Assembly (NCBI GenBank): GCA_002269645.1
Contig: NIVC01003660.1
Span: forward strand, 20,695 to 84,694
From: Macrostomum lignano
Lineage: Eukaryota
Direction of reading: 5' to 3'
DNA: 64,000 nucleotides
Part shown: in pieces, positions 12,425 through 23,440 of the stretch
Layout: the number at the start of each line of letters is the position of its first letter
Position numbering within the stretch: the stretch's first letter is position 1
Notes under the pieces: generated by a model
Told to the model about the DNA's origin: nothing
The model's input: only the letters and a program-made list of their open reading frames with translations
The model's database searches: none
Made by a program: the position numbers and the translations under genes

Positions 12425-13479
12425 AACTACGCACAGCTTCGTGTTAAAAGGCACAGATAAAAATATTGAACTAATTGAATCAATTCATTGCGCAACCGAT
12501 TTCACAGTCAGTCAGTATCAGCCTCAGGTAAAGTTAACAAAAACATTGCGCAATCTAAATCAACCCTCCAATACACAGCAGCAGTGAGAAGTTGAACCCT
12601 TCCCCCAACAATCTTTGCAGATTAAAGTACAATCTTTGCAGAAAGTTAAAAGTATGGAAATAGTTTTTCAAATGCTGTGCTTTTTCTTTTCATATTTAAA
12701 GCAAACAACTTATATCCCCGAACTCAGCGTTGCAAGATCTTTCCAGCAATATAAGTCTCTTCTCTCAAAGTTTAAAACTCGAGGAACAGTTAGCGTTTGA
12801 AACTGTCTGATTTATAGCATTGAAGTATCGAGTGTACGTTCACTGCCTGCTTGCAAGATGATGCATTGAATTTCAATGTCCAACAAATACACAGGACTGC
12901 CCATTGAAAGGCAGGAAAACTTATCAGTAGCCATATCATTGCGCAATTATCTATAAAGTCAGCCAGTGAGCTAGGGTTGACAAATTGAAATCAAGAAATT
13001 TTCTATGACAAATTGCTCTGATGCAGTTGAGATTTCGGAACAGAAAATTATACCATTCTGTTCAGTTTTTCAAACTCTTTCCAACGGTGTGATTCACTTT
13101 TCTGTAGCTTGAAAATTAAAAGCAGAAATTAAGGTGCAAGTTTTCCCGTTTCTTACTTGCAGAGCGCAATGTACACTCTGTGATGAGTTAAAAAATCAAG
13201 CCATCCATTCTCGCGCAGTGTGCACCTCCACCCCTTTTTAACACTGAGCAAGTAGGCCGCCAATTCTTAAGTGCCGGCGACCCTCCCCCAGCTGAAATGA
13301 AATACACTGCAGAGATAGGAGAAAAGTTGTGGCGCAACCATACAAAATAGCGTCAAGTGGGAAGTCCATGGAATGCGATATATAGACATCTGGTCTGGCT
13401 GTCTGGTTTGTGCTGTTTTCTGCTTTTTTGAAGCACTTAAAATTGAAATTTGAAAATGAATTTTAAATTGTAGCATCGT

Positions 13480-13608
13480 CGGGACATTTGACATGTTTTG
13501 GTACCGGTTTGAAAGTTGAGTTGCAAGAATCCTAGGAGGAGATCGTCGACAAACCCGGCCCACCGGCCCACCCTACCACCGGACCACGACGTCAGCTTTA
13601 GTATATAG
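13480..13608 (+). mobile_element. Second Helitron/DINE-like 3' end
   Basis: Short CCGGCCCA repeats and a TTTAGTATATAG terminus matching the end at 11116-11127. Confidence 0.3.
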
Positions 13609-13749
13609 AGGAGAAGGAGATGATTGAAATTTTAAAGTTTAAATTCTAAAAACTTCATCTTTTATGATCTAAAGGTTAAAAATTTATTATCAAATACTTT
13701 GAGAAGTACTTTGAGAAATAGCCTAACCCAATTAATTTTTGTTGCAGTA

Positions 13750-14412
13750 ATGTTGCCATATGGCCACAGCAGTGCCAACACTTCCCAATGGCAAAAAGAG
13801 GCACCAAAGAGGCAACCAGCGCATGTATCATTCTATGCCTGGTTTCTACAGCCTAGCTCAGCCAGTCAACTAGTCCAACTCGCCCAGGCATTTGTTAATA
13901 GTGTTGCACTGACAACTGGATTAGATAGAAATGCTAACCTCACTCCAAGCTCTAGCACTTTGCTTCATATCACCGCTAAATATTGTGGCAAATGTGGTGC
14001 CCAAAGCTACACAGAGCGCTCAGAAGTGGCGGCTTCTATTGGCCGGTCATTTGACATCCGCCTGACTGGCTTGCTGCTGCGCCCCGGCTCCAGCCTGGTT
14101 GCCAGGGCGGAGCTCTCGCCCAGCCAGCTGGCTCTGTGGGACAACGAGCCTACAAAAAGTGAAATGCCATCTGGAAAATCGTTGCCACGCGGCTCGCGAG
14201 CCCACGTCACCTTGGCAACGGCACCAGGCGTTCGACCGTCTCAGGCCGGCTTCGATCTGCTCGATGCACTCGCCATCCTGCAGTCTTCGTCCTCGGCGTC
14301 GCCTTCAAGCGTCCCTGGCGGCGGCCACATCAGTTGGCTCAGTGGCGGGCGAGTCTACCTGACCCTGGCCAAGCCGCTTACTGTTGCAGCTGTGTTCGAT
14401 GCGCACTCGTGA
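13750..14412 (+). CDS. CNP: CNPase-like 2H phosphoesterase (2',3'-cyclic-nucleotide 3'-phosphodiesterase catalytic domain)
   Basis: [16 protein letters not shown] (HxT-1), [40 protein letters not shown] (HxT-2) and [17 protein letters not shown] align colinearly with the vertebrate CNP catalytic domain ([72 protein letters not shown]). Acceptor ttgttgcag| at 13747, ATG at 13750, TGA at 14410-14412. Confidence 0.9.
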   Translation: [220 protein letters not shown]

Positions 14413-14432
14413 CCTTTTTTGTATACACTGGG

Positions 14433-15662
14433 CCAAGGAATTCTAAATCTAGCTACTGGAATGACAACTGAAATATCAGCTATACAAGATGAGGCCAAGA
14501 TTAGAGATCGCAAGCGTGCGACCTAAACACACAGAGCATTCAAAAAGAAGGATCGTATTTCAAAGTTCTGAAACAATAACAAAATCAGAGGAATGAAACG
14601 CGACATAAGAAGACGTTGAAATTATATCAATTTCTAAATGTAACACAAGTAGGCACAGGAGTATGTCAAGCAAGCAGAGCAAGAATAAATGGCTTATAAA
14701 CTGTATTGAGAAACTTTACAAAGAGCAAACAAAAAGAAACGAAAACTGTAAGCACAATTCAGAAATGTCTGGCAAGTAAAGAAAGAATACAGCAATAAAA
14801 CTAAATGAATCTCACTTTTGCCAGGCCAGTTACACCAGTCTGGCTATGCGAAAAATTGTTAGTGGGCATCAAAATCAATGCTTCCCACCTGTGAGTTTGT
14901 CTCAGCTTGATTGATCTGCTTTGTTAGCATCTTGGACGTGCAATTGAAAAACCTGTTGATGATCTCGCGGACCAGATCATGGCCAGCGGTGCAGTGTGTC
15001 CTACCAAATAGAAAGTTACCATGATCTGGCAGCACGAGGTCCATCGCGAGATAAAATGTCTCCCTTTGATCGCGAAGCTCGTGGAGTTTTTGTGAAATAT
15101 GATGGCATGCTGGTCGTGCTGTATTGGGGGGGGGGACTGCAATCTCTCTTAATCTTCTTTTTACAAGATTGGCACCTTCTTCGTGTTGTTTCTTTTTCCG
15201 ATACGCATTTGCTGTCCCGATTCTCAGTAATAAAATCTGATTCCGTGAAGTGAAGAGAGCAAATTCGAGTGTGCTTCGATGGCTTGAAAGTTGCTTCTCG
15301 GGAAATGCTCTTTAACCATTTTTCCAGCAGGTCGTCTCGATTCGGAAACTTGTGGAATGAAATCCTCGCTGACCGTGCCGTTGCCGACTCGCTGCCGGAC
15401 TTGCGGCCAAAAACGGCGCATTTATTTGGCATGCAGAGGACGCAGAGACTTGGCTTCAGGAAAGTCACTCTGGCATATTAGTGCTTACAGGCTAAGACAA
15501 AATAAGGCGAGCGAAGCTTCGAATTCTTCTTAGTGGCAATCTAAGTTGATGCGGCAAACAAATCCTATGTCTGTGGCAATCGCAGTAAGCCTCATCTTGT
15601 ATAAAAAAGTCCTCACCGCTATTTCAGTTGTCATTCCAGTTGCTGGATTTAGAATTCCTTGG
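14433..15662 (-). mobile_element. Internally deleted P-element/THAP9-type DNA transposon with inverted terminal repeats
   Basis: 43-bp inverted repeats at 14433-14475 and 15620-15662 (CCAAGGAATTCTAAATC[T/C]AGC[T/A]ACTGGAATGACAACTGAAATA, 2 mismatches), plus an inner 14-bp inverted pair (TATACAAGATGAGG). They enclose a THAP fragment and a transposase C-terminus-like fragment. No TSD found. Confidence 0.7.
14859..15432 (-). pseudogene. Degenerate THAP-domain transposase remnant
   Basis: MPNKCAVFGR (second Cys replaced by Arg)...SFHKFP...KWLKSISR..FKPSKHTRICSLHFTESDF. RRLREIAVP lies in a shifted frame. It is followed by HCTAGHDLVREIINRFFN, resembling the P-transposase C-terminal C..H motif. No DDE core. 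Confidence 0.75.
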
Positions 15663-16464
15663 TGTAGCCCATGGATCTCCTTCATCCATGGTGAAGCCTC
15701 CCCTCGCAAGTAACAGAGCGTTGACTACGGACTGTCTATGGTTATTCAGGTAGAGTGATCCAGCAGAATGGTTCAAAAGTTGACAGCGGCGGAGAGATGG
15801 CGAGAGAATGTTGAGAAAATTAACTTAATTAAGAGAAAACTCTCTAATTTGAGTTTGATACCAAAACAGTCAGTGGGGCTCATGGCTCAAACGGGTTGTC
15901 AATAAACTAGGGTAGGGGGTTGAGTTCAAGATTAGAAATAATACAGGGTTTAAAAATCTACTAAAACATTGTCACTATTACAAAAATTAAAAATTTCACC
16001 TTACTACTACCAACGGCCATTGCGATTTTTTTGCTTTTTTGCTAAAAAAGCTGGGTGATTTCAAAATCTGCGCTTCTATATGAGTTTATAGAGTAAAACT
16101 TTTAGCTAGGCCTACTGTCAGTAGTATAAAACATGATTTTCGATTAGGCATATTTTTATCAGTGTTGAATTGCCTTGTGTAAAAATTTTCTTTGTTGGAG
16201 TTAAAGCTGTTTTGAATTCCATAATTCGATATTTTTGATAGTTCATTTGTTAAACTTTTTGATCATTCGATGTTTGTTTTGATTTTTATTACGACCTGCA
16301 ATATGTATCAAACTAATTCAGGTCTATATAGTATATTTAAATACACGTGTCATTTTTTATGGTGATTGGTGACTGAATAGAGTGCAGAATAATATTACAA
16401 CACACTGGTCTTTCTTAAAGTTCTTACTCATTTTAACGAATTTTTTAAAGCCAAGGCTCATTTA

Positions 16465-17050
16465 TTGGCCCCACCCCCTCAGCTTAAACCCTCCAACCGC
16501 GCCTTTCCACACAAAACCTACCCCCGCCCCACCCCAATTTTATCGCCTTTCTCGGAATTCAAGCCTAAAGCTGCCATGTACATGCCAGTGGACTGGCTAA
16601 TGTACATTATTGCTGAACCAATTACGAGTAGCAAGTTGTTTACGCCTGAAAGCTTGGATTCTAAACTTATCAGACATTTCAGCTGCCTTTATTTTTAAAG
16701 ATTAGCTGATACATTCATTCTTTGCTACTGAACTGAAAGTAGAAAGCTATTTTACTATGTATATATGCCTGAGTGGCCCATCCAGTTATTTTAGTCTGTG
16801 CTCTTAACCCTAGCTTAAATCCTCCAACCACGCCACGCCTTTCTACACAAAACGTTTAGCCGCGCCTAGCCGTCTTCTAGTTCAGTGGCGCTGGCTATCG
16901 TACATTACGGCTAAACCAATTAGCAAGTTGTTTACGCCTGCAAGCTTGGGCTTCTAAACTTACGAGTGTATCAAAGTCCAGCTGGCTTTATTTTCAAAAA
17001 ATAGCTTATGTATTCTTTTTTGCTACTTAATTAAGAAGTAGAAAGCTGTT
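16465..17050. repeat. Tandem duplication of a ~330-bp unit
   Basis: CTTAAA.CCTCCAACC..GCCTTT..ACACAAAAC, AAGTTGTTTACGCCTG.AAGCTTGG and AGTAGAAAGCT each occur twice, about 335 bp apart. Confidence 0.75.
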
Positions 17051-17767
17051 GTAACTGCGCATATGCGTAAGAGGCCATCTAGTTTGTTTCAGTATATGTG
17101 GTTTGGGCTGGATGCAGGGATGCAGCCCAGCTATAAATCAGAGAAAAAACATTTGAATGAGAAGCTTATAACGATGGAGTAGAAAAAAAGCATATTTTTT
17201 GTTTCCAACTGTCCTTCGGAAGCTCGTCTCTCTCGCTAAATGAATGTACGAGTATGGCTACCGAGTTAAGAATTTTTTTCGAATCCGCTTTGGATACAGA
17301 TGTTGGCATTGTGCGCAGGCAATGCCACGCAGGGCACTGAGGGTGTTCAATGAGCCGAGACGGAATGTACAAATTTTAAAAGAAAAATAGTGCATAAAAA
17401 ACTAATAAGTCTATGCTATCTTATAATAAAACGTTTTTGCGGCGATGGAGAGATTCTGCCCTTCAAGTCTGGCTTCAACAGGCGTCAGTCGCAGTTTCTG
17501 TTCAAAAATAGTTTCTGGCTTGAGCAGTTCAGCGGCCACAATACTTAGCTCGTAGTGGCGGCTTCAGTGAGAGAGAGACAGAGAGAAAGATGAAAAGCGA
17601 GTCTCCAGCAGCAGTTGCTTTTTGCGCATAATGAGTCTCTGTTCTCAGAAAGTAAAAAGGCAGCGCGTTTTGGCAAAATATAATTTTCTTTTCACACTGG
17701 CAAAACTTGCCCCCGAGGTTTTCTCCGAGCGTCGGGGTTAGAGAGAAATCCACCTCTGTGCCACAGC

Positions 17768-18148
17768 ATGCACAACCATCGAAAGAATTTCAACGATCCG
17801 TTCAAGAGGAGGACAGCCGATACGGGTAGACAGAACTTCCCTATGCCTGCTAGCGACGTCCCCGAACAGGCCAATAATAGCCCAGGCTATGGAACGCTTC
17901 GGCAGCCACCTGAGCCGCAGGTGCAGCCGCAGTTCAGGCGCGACCAGGTTGATCAAAGACGCATGACAATGTCCAGAGCGCCACAGCCTGTTGAGCAACG
18001 CTTCCAAGTATATGATCCGGCAGCGGCCGCCCAGAACTTCATGCCTGGTCAGCCTCCGCCGCCGCCACCGACTCTGCCACCGCCCACACCGCCGCCGATG
18101 CCGCCGACTCCACCGTTGCCGGAGATGTCGAATCCGCCAGAGTCGTGG
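17768..18148 (+). CDS. cGAS/Mab-21-like protein, exon 1 (Pro-rich N-terminal region)
   Basis: Acceptor gccacag|C ATG. Encodes a Pro/Gln-rich peptide. Donor TGG|GTGCGT at 18148/18149 is phase 0, matching the 19251 acceptor. Confidence 0.6.
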
Positions 18149-18289
18149 GTGCGTCAAAATATGATGAGTAGTATGATGATGATTTGTGGCAGTTAAAGTT
18201 GTGCAGCTTGTACACATAGACCAGAATTCGTTCTTCAAAAGGCCTGTGTGGTCAATGTACCGCCTTTAAGATTGGGAGGTGGGGTTGCC

Positions 18290-19222
18290 ACTCTCCCAGA
18301 TGCCCAGTTGTGCCCCTGCCTGCACTCTCCCGATGCCCAGTTGTGCCACCTGCCTGCACCTCCCAGATGCCCAGTTGTGCCCCTGCCTGCACCCTCCCAG
18401 ACCCTCAGTTGTGCCACCTGCCTGCACCCTCCCAGACCCTCAGTTGTGCCCCTGCCTGCACTCTCCCGATGCCCAGTTGTGCCCCTGCCTGCACTCTCCC
18501 GATGCCCAGTTGTGCCCCTGCCTGCACTCTCCCGATGCCCAGTTGTGCCACCAGCGTGCACCTCCCAGATGCCCAGTTGTGCCACCAGCGTGCACCTCCC
18601 AGATGCCCAGTTGTGCCACCTGCCTGCACCCTCCCAGACCCTCAGTTGTGCCCCTGCCTGCACTCTCCCGATGCCCAGTTGTGCCCCTGCCTGCACTCTC
18701 CCGATGCCCAGTTGTGCCCCTGCCTGCACTCTCCCGATGCCCAGTTGTGCCCCTGCCTGCACTCTCCCGATGCCCAGTTGTGCCACCAGCGTGCACCTCC
18801 CAGATGCCCAGTTGTGCCACCAGCGTGCACCTCCCAGATGCCCAGTTGTGCCACCTGCCTGCACCCTCCCAGACCCTCAGTTGTGCCCCTGCCTGCACTC
18901 TCCCGATGCCCAGTTGTGCCCCTGCCTGCACTCTCCCGATGCCCAGTTGTGCCACCAGCCTGCACCTCCCAGATGCCCAGTTGTGCCACCAGCGTGCACC
19001 TCCCAGATGCCCAGTTGTGCCACCTGCCTGCACCCTCCCAGACCCTCAGTTGTGCCCCTGCCTGCACTCTCCCGATGCCCAGTTGTGCCACCAGCCTGCA
19101 CCTCCCAGATGCCCAGTTGTGCCACCTGCCTGCACCCTCCCAGACCCTCAGTTGTGCCACCTGCCTGCACCTCCCAGATGCCCAGTTGTGCCACCTGCCT
19201 GCACCTCTGCACCCTCCCAGAT
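18290..19222. repeat. Intronic GC-rich minisatellite, ~33-35-bp unit CAGTTGTGCC(C/A)CTGCCTGCAC(T/C)CTCCC(G/A)GATGCC
   Basis: Tandem copies that explain the many overlapping Cys/Pro ORFs here. Confidence 0.95.
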
Positions 19223-19250
19223 CCTCACATGCTGCACTTCCAATTGACAG

Positions 19251-19548
19251 GCCGCCGAAATGATGCAAAAATGCGGCTTTGAACGCGACCGAGTCAGCGC
19301 CCACTGGGCCTTCGCGGACGTGCTGGAGAAAATGTGGCGGGATGCCGGTTTTGTATTCGCTGGCAATTTCACCGAGGGCTGGGGCTACAACACCTTCAGA
19401 GTTGACGGCAGGTGCGGCTACGACTCGGCGCTCACCTATAAGTACATCGTGCCAGACTACATGGTGCACATTGCCGGAGCCTGCTCCTGCCGACAGCCGG
19501 TGCAGAAGGTTGTGCTGAACGAGGACGGCTCGGTGACGCTCAACCATG
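19251..19548 (+). CDS. cGAS/Mab-21-like protein, exon 2 (nucleotidyltransferase motif region, degenerate)
   Basis: Acceptor ttgacag|GCC, donor ATG|GTGAGC. Encodes FVFAGNFTEGWGYNTFRVDGRCGYDSALTY, which maps to the hG[S]xxEG...S[DE]h[DE] motif of Mab-21/cGAS-like proteins with substitutions. Confidence 0.75.
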
Positions 19549-19622
19549 GTGAGCAGGATGTTAATGCTGTCTAGTCTGGGCTAAGAAAGCCACAGGTTCT
19601 ATGCTGGCAGAATAGAAAATTT

Positions 19623-19935
<313 letters not shown>

Positions 19936-20040
19936 CATCTCAGTCACAAGCCCTAAACGATATAAAAGAAATAAAGAGTTGTTTTCTAAAGCAGTAGAAC
20001 ATGTATTATTATAAAAACTTCAAACACATCTTACCCCAAG

Positions 20041-20171
20041 ATTGCATCGTGCACCTGCGGGCGATGAATTTGCTCAAGGAGGACGCCGTACTGATGGTTA
20101 ACGAGATGCGCAGGCAAGCCACTAAGAGTTTGGGACTCACAGCCTGCGGACCCGCTCTTAGCCTGGAGCAG
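20041..20171 (+). CDS. cGAS/Mab-21-like protein, exon 3
   Basis: Acceptor ttaccccaag|AT (phase 1, matches exon 2), donor CAG|GTGAGT. Encodes DCIVHLRAMNLLKEDAVL...CGPALSLEQ. Confidence 0.75.
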
Positions 20172-20210
20172 GTGAGTATTAAATGTACAGAGTACATTGC
20201 GGATTCTATG

Positions 20211-20410
20211 ACAACAGACACTGGCAACAGACACTGGCAACAGACACTGACAACAGACACTGGCAACAGACACTGACAACAGACACTGACAACAGACACT
20301 GGCAACAGACACTGACAACAGACACTGACAACAGACACTGGCAACAGACACTGACAACAGACACTGACAACAGACACTGACAACCGACACTGACAGCAGA
20401 CACTGACAGA
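20211..20410. repeat. 13-bp minisatellite ACAGACACTG(A/G)CA
   Basis: About 15 tandem copies in the intron. Confidence 0.95.
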
Positions 20411-20466
20411 CATTGATAACAGGAACTCCGATAACGGCAGCTGTCAACCGCCACCCCCGCCCCCAG

Positions 20467-21369
20467 GTCTTCCCCTGCTGCCAGCGGCCCCGCCTACCCC
20501 GCCTGGAGCTGCTGGACCTGCCGGACCTGACCAACCAGCCGGTGTACATTCGGCCGGACGAGTTCGAGCTGCAGGTTGGAGGCCGGACAAGCAGGCAGCC
20601 CACAGGCCGGCTGGACCTCAGTCTGCTGGACAGGGCGCTGTTCCGCAAGCTCACAAGTCACCAAGGCCGACTCTACGTGGCATTGAAGATGCTTCTCCTA
20701 GAAGAGCTACCCAAGAAATACCCCAACGCTGCGTGCTTCTCCGAGGTGCACTGCAAGCAGGTGCTGCTGCACTACCTGCTGGCGAAGCGTCGCAGCGGCA
20801 GCCTCGCCGTGGAGGTTCGCGACGCTCTGCAGCTGATGACGGTGAAGAACGCCGAGGGTCCGTTTCTGCGCGACAATCAGCTGCGCTGCGCCGCCTTCCG
20901 AACCAGCTGGATGCCGCTCGCCACGGCGTGCTCAGCCTCCATTCTGCAGAAAGCTTTGGCCAGCCTGGCCGCCGACTCTGAGCAGCTGCTCATCAATCGG
21001 CTGCGTCGGCTTCAGTCCAGCGTCGCGGAAGACAGCATTGGCGGCGTTGCCGTCTTCCAGCCAATGACGCTGGCAATTCCAGGTCACAAGCGGCAGCTGA
21101 CAGCGGGATTGGGCGCGACCAGGCGGCTCGCCGGCTGCAGGGATGTCGCCTTTTTTGTCTACCGGGTCATGGAGCGGCTGCTCCAGCCACAGCTGACCGA
21201 CAATGTCCGGGATCTGCTGTCGGACATCGATGCTGTGCGATCTCTAGCTGGGGTGACCGCCATCTGCCTGCAGTGCCTGGCGCTCATGAAGATGAACGAC
21301 TGGCAGAGTGCGCAGGCTGTCCTGCGGGAGAGCCGGGCGGCCATGCAGCGGGTGCTGCGGGAGTTCCCG
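20467..21369 (+). CDS. cGAS/Mab-21-like protein, exon 4 (Mab-21 C-terminal helical lobe)
   Basis: Acceptor ccccag|GTC, donor CCG|[35 protein letters not shown]...[15 protein letters not shown] follows the Mab-21 pattern (R.S.S..E..L...L...Q...Y..LK.L....L.SYH.KT.L). Confidence 0.8.
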
Positions 21370-21379
21370 GTAAGTGCTG

Positions 21380-21608
<229 letters not shown>

Positions 21609-21630
21609 CGACAAACTCAAACTCACGCAG

Positions 21631-22575
21631 GCGAACTCAACCGCCGAGTCAATGGAGCAGTACCTACTCAGCGGCTGGGACTGTGCCTGGCAGTTCAAGG
21701 CCAAGTTGACAATCGAGGAGCCGCAGCACACCGTGAGCCAGCACTACAGACCCATCGGCACGGAGTTCCTGGCCTCCTTCCCGTTGATTCGCTACGCCTT
21801 CTTTCCCTGCCAGATGACGCGAATGCAGCAGATGAGCGGCTGCCTGGTGGAGTACTCGCTTAACATCAACTTCTTGGCGCTGATGAACTGCCTGGTGGTG
21901 CAGACGGTGCCGCAGAACCCGCAGAACACCGAGCTCTGGCGCTGGTTCAACGACAATAAGCCGCTGGAGGCGCAGGAGCTCTTCGCTCTGTCCCTGTCCG
22001 ATCAATACTTGGACCAGCAGCAGCTCAGCCAGCTGTGCCTGCGGCTGCTCGAACGCCTGCGACCGATGCGCCAGCCAAATCAACTACAGCAGCATCCGGA
22101 GCAGCCGAGGCAACGCCTGCCGGAGTTAGACTTCCTGGAGCACCTGCGCATCCGATTGCTGCACCGCTGGATCCGAAGCTTGCCGAGCCAGTCGCGCTGG
22201 GGCCCGGAGGAGGTGCAGTCTTGCCGCCAGCTGGGCCAGCTGCACGCCAGCCTGCCCGGCAGTCAAAGCATCGCCGAAATCCTCGCCCCCGTGTCCGGTC
22301 CCGATCTGTCTAAAACAGCGGCCAGTCAAGTTTTCAAAAAATTGTGCGAATTTCACACGCGCGAACTTGACAACACATTCGGACGCAAGCTGGCTAAGGG
22401 CGAGTACGGGGATCTGGGCCGCCAGTTCCTAGCTGCCAGCCTCTACAGCTGGTACTGCCTGGATTCAGCCACGGCTAAAAAGTACAGACAGACACTGGCC
22501 ACCTTCAGTGCCGGCAAGGGGCCGCAGCTGTTTCCGGAACAGGACACTGGTGACACCGTCAGCCTGCTTGGCTGA
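21631..22575 (+). CDS. cGAS/Mab-21-like protein, last exon (helical C-terminal extension)
   Basis: Acceptor cacgcag|GCG (phase 0). GC-rich coding-style sequence open to TGA at 22573-22575. Spliced CDS totals 2658 nt (885 aa). Confidence 0.8.
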   Translation, partial: ANSTAESMEQYLLSGWDCAWQFKAKLTIEEPQHTVSQHYRPIGTEFLASFPLIRYAFFPCQMTRMQQMSGCLVEYSLNINFLALMNCLVVQTVPQNPQNTELWRWFNDNKPLEAQELFALSLSDQYLDQQQLSQLCLRLLERLRPMRQPNQLQQHPEQPRQRLPELDFLEHLRIRLLHRWIRSLPSQSRWGPEEVQSCRQLGQLHASLPGSQSIAEILAPVSGPDLSKTAASQVFKKLCEFHTRELDNTFGRKLAKGEYGDLGRQFLAASLYSWYCLDSATAKKYRQTLATFSAGKGPQLFPEQDTGDTVSLLG

Positions 22576-22789
22576 ATCGCCCTAAATTATTTGCTTTTCT
22601 TAGTAGTTGATAGATCATACAATATAGTCCAAACATGAAAAAGGGTAGCTAACGAACTATTCGGCTTAAAGTTCATGCTACGGATATTAATTTTATTGTC
22701 AGTTTTTACTAAAAGGGGAACTTCTGGAAGTGTACTGTGGAAACTTCATTCCATCTCTTATGAGCCTCTGACTTCATGCCCAATCCTGA

Positions 22790-23440
22790 CCTCCACGACC
22801 ACTTCTGCAGCCACCTCACTCCCCTGTCCATGCCAACCCCACTTCTGCAGCCACCTCACTCCCTGTCCATGCCAACCCCCACTTCTGCAGCCACCTCAAT
22901 CCCTGTCCATGCCAACCCCACTTCTGCAGCCACCTCACTCTTTGCCCATGCCAACCCCACTTCTGCAGACACCTTACTCTTTGCCCATTTCAACCCCACT
23001 TCTGCAGCCACCTCACTCCCTGTCCATGCCAACCCCCACTTCTGCAGCCACCTCAATCCCTGTCCATGCCAACCCCCACTTCTGCAGCCACCTCACTCCC
23101 TGTCCATGCCAACCCCCACTTCTGCAGCCACCTCACTCCCCTGTCCATTCCAACCCCCACTTCTGCAGCCACCTCACTCCCCTGTTCATGCCAACCCCCA
23201 CTTCTGCAGCCACCTCACTCCCTGGCCATGCCAACCCCCACTTCTGCAGCCACCTTACTCCCCTGTTCATACCAACCCCCACTTCTGCAGCCACCTCACT
23301 CCCTGGCCATGCCAACCCCCACTTCTGCAGCCACCTCACTCCCTGTCCATGCCAACCCCCACTTCTGCAGCCACCTCACTCCCTGTCCATGCCAACCCCC
23401 ACTTCTGTAGCCACCTCCCTCCCTGTCCATGCCAACCCCA
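22790..23440. repeat. ~40-bp minisatellite CTTCTGCAGCCACCTCACTCCCTGTCCATGCCAACCCCCA
   Basis: About 16 tandem copies. Confidence 0.95.

Noticed and set aside
13699-13749. Signal peptide on the CNPase ORF (LIFVAVML)
   Set aside because: The hydrophobic stretch is the translated polypyrimidine tract of an acceptor, and the ORF-track start is a TTG.
18235-19282. Cys/Pro-rich ORFs on both strands
   Set aside because: They derive from a 33-35-bp minisatellite inside the first intron of the cGAS-like gene.
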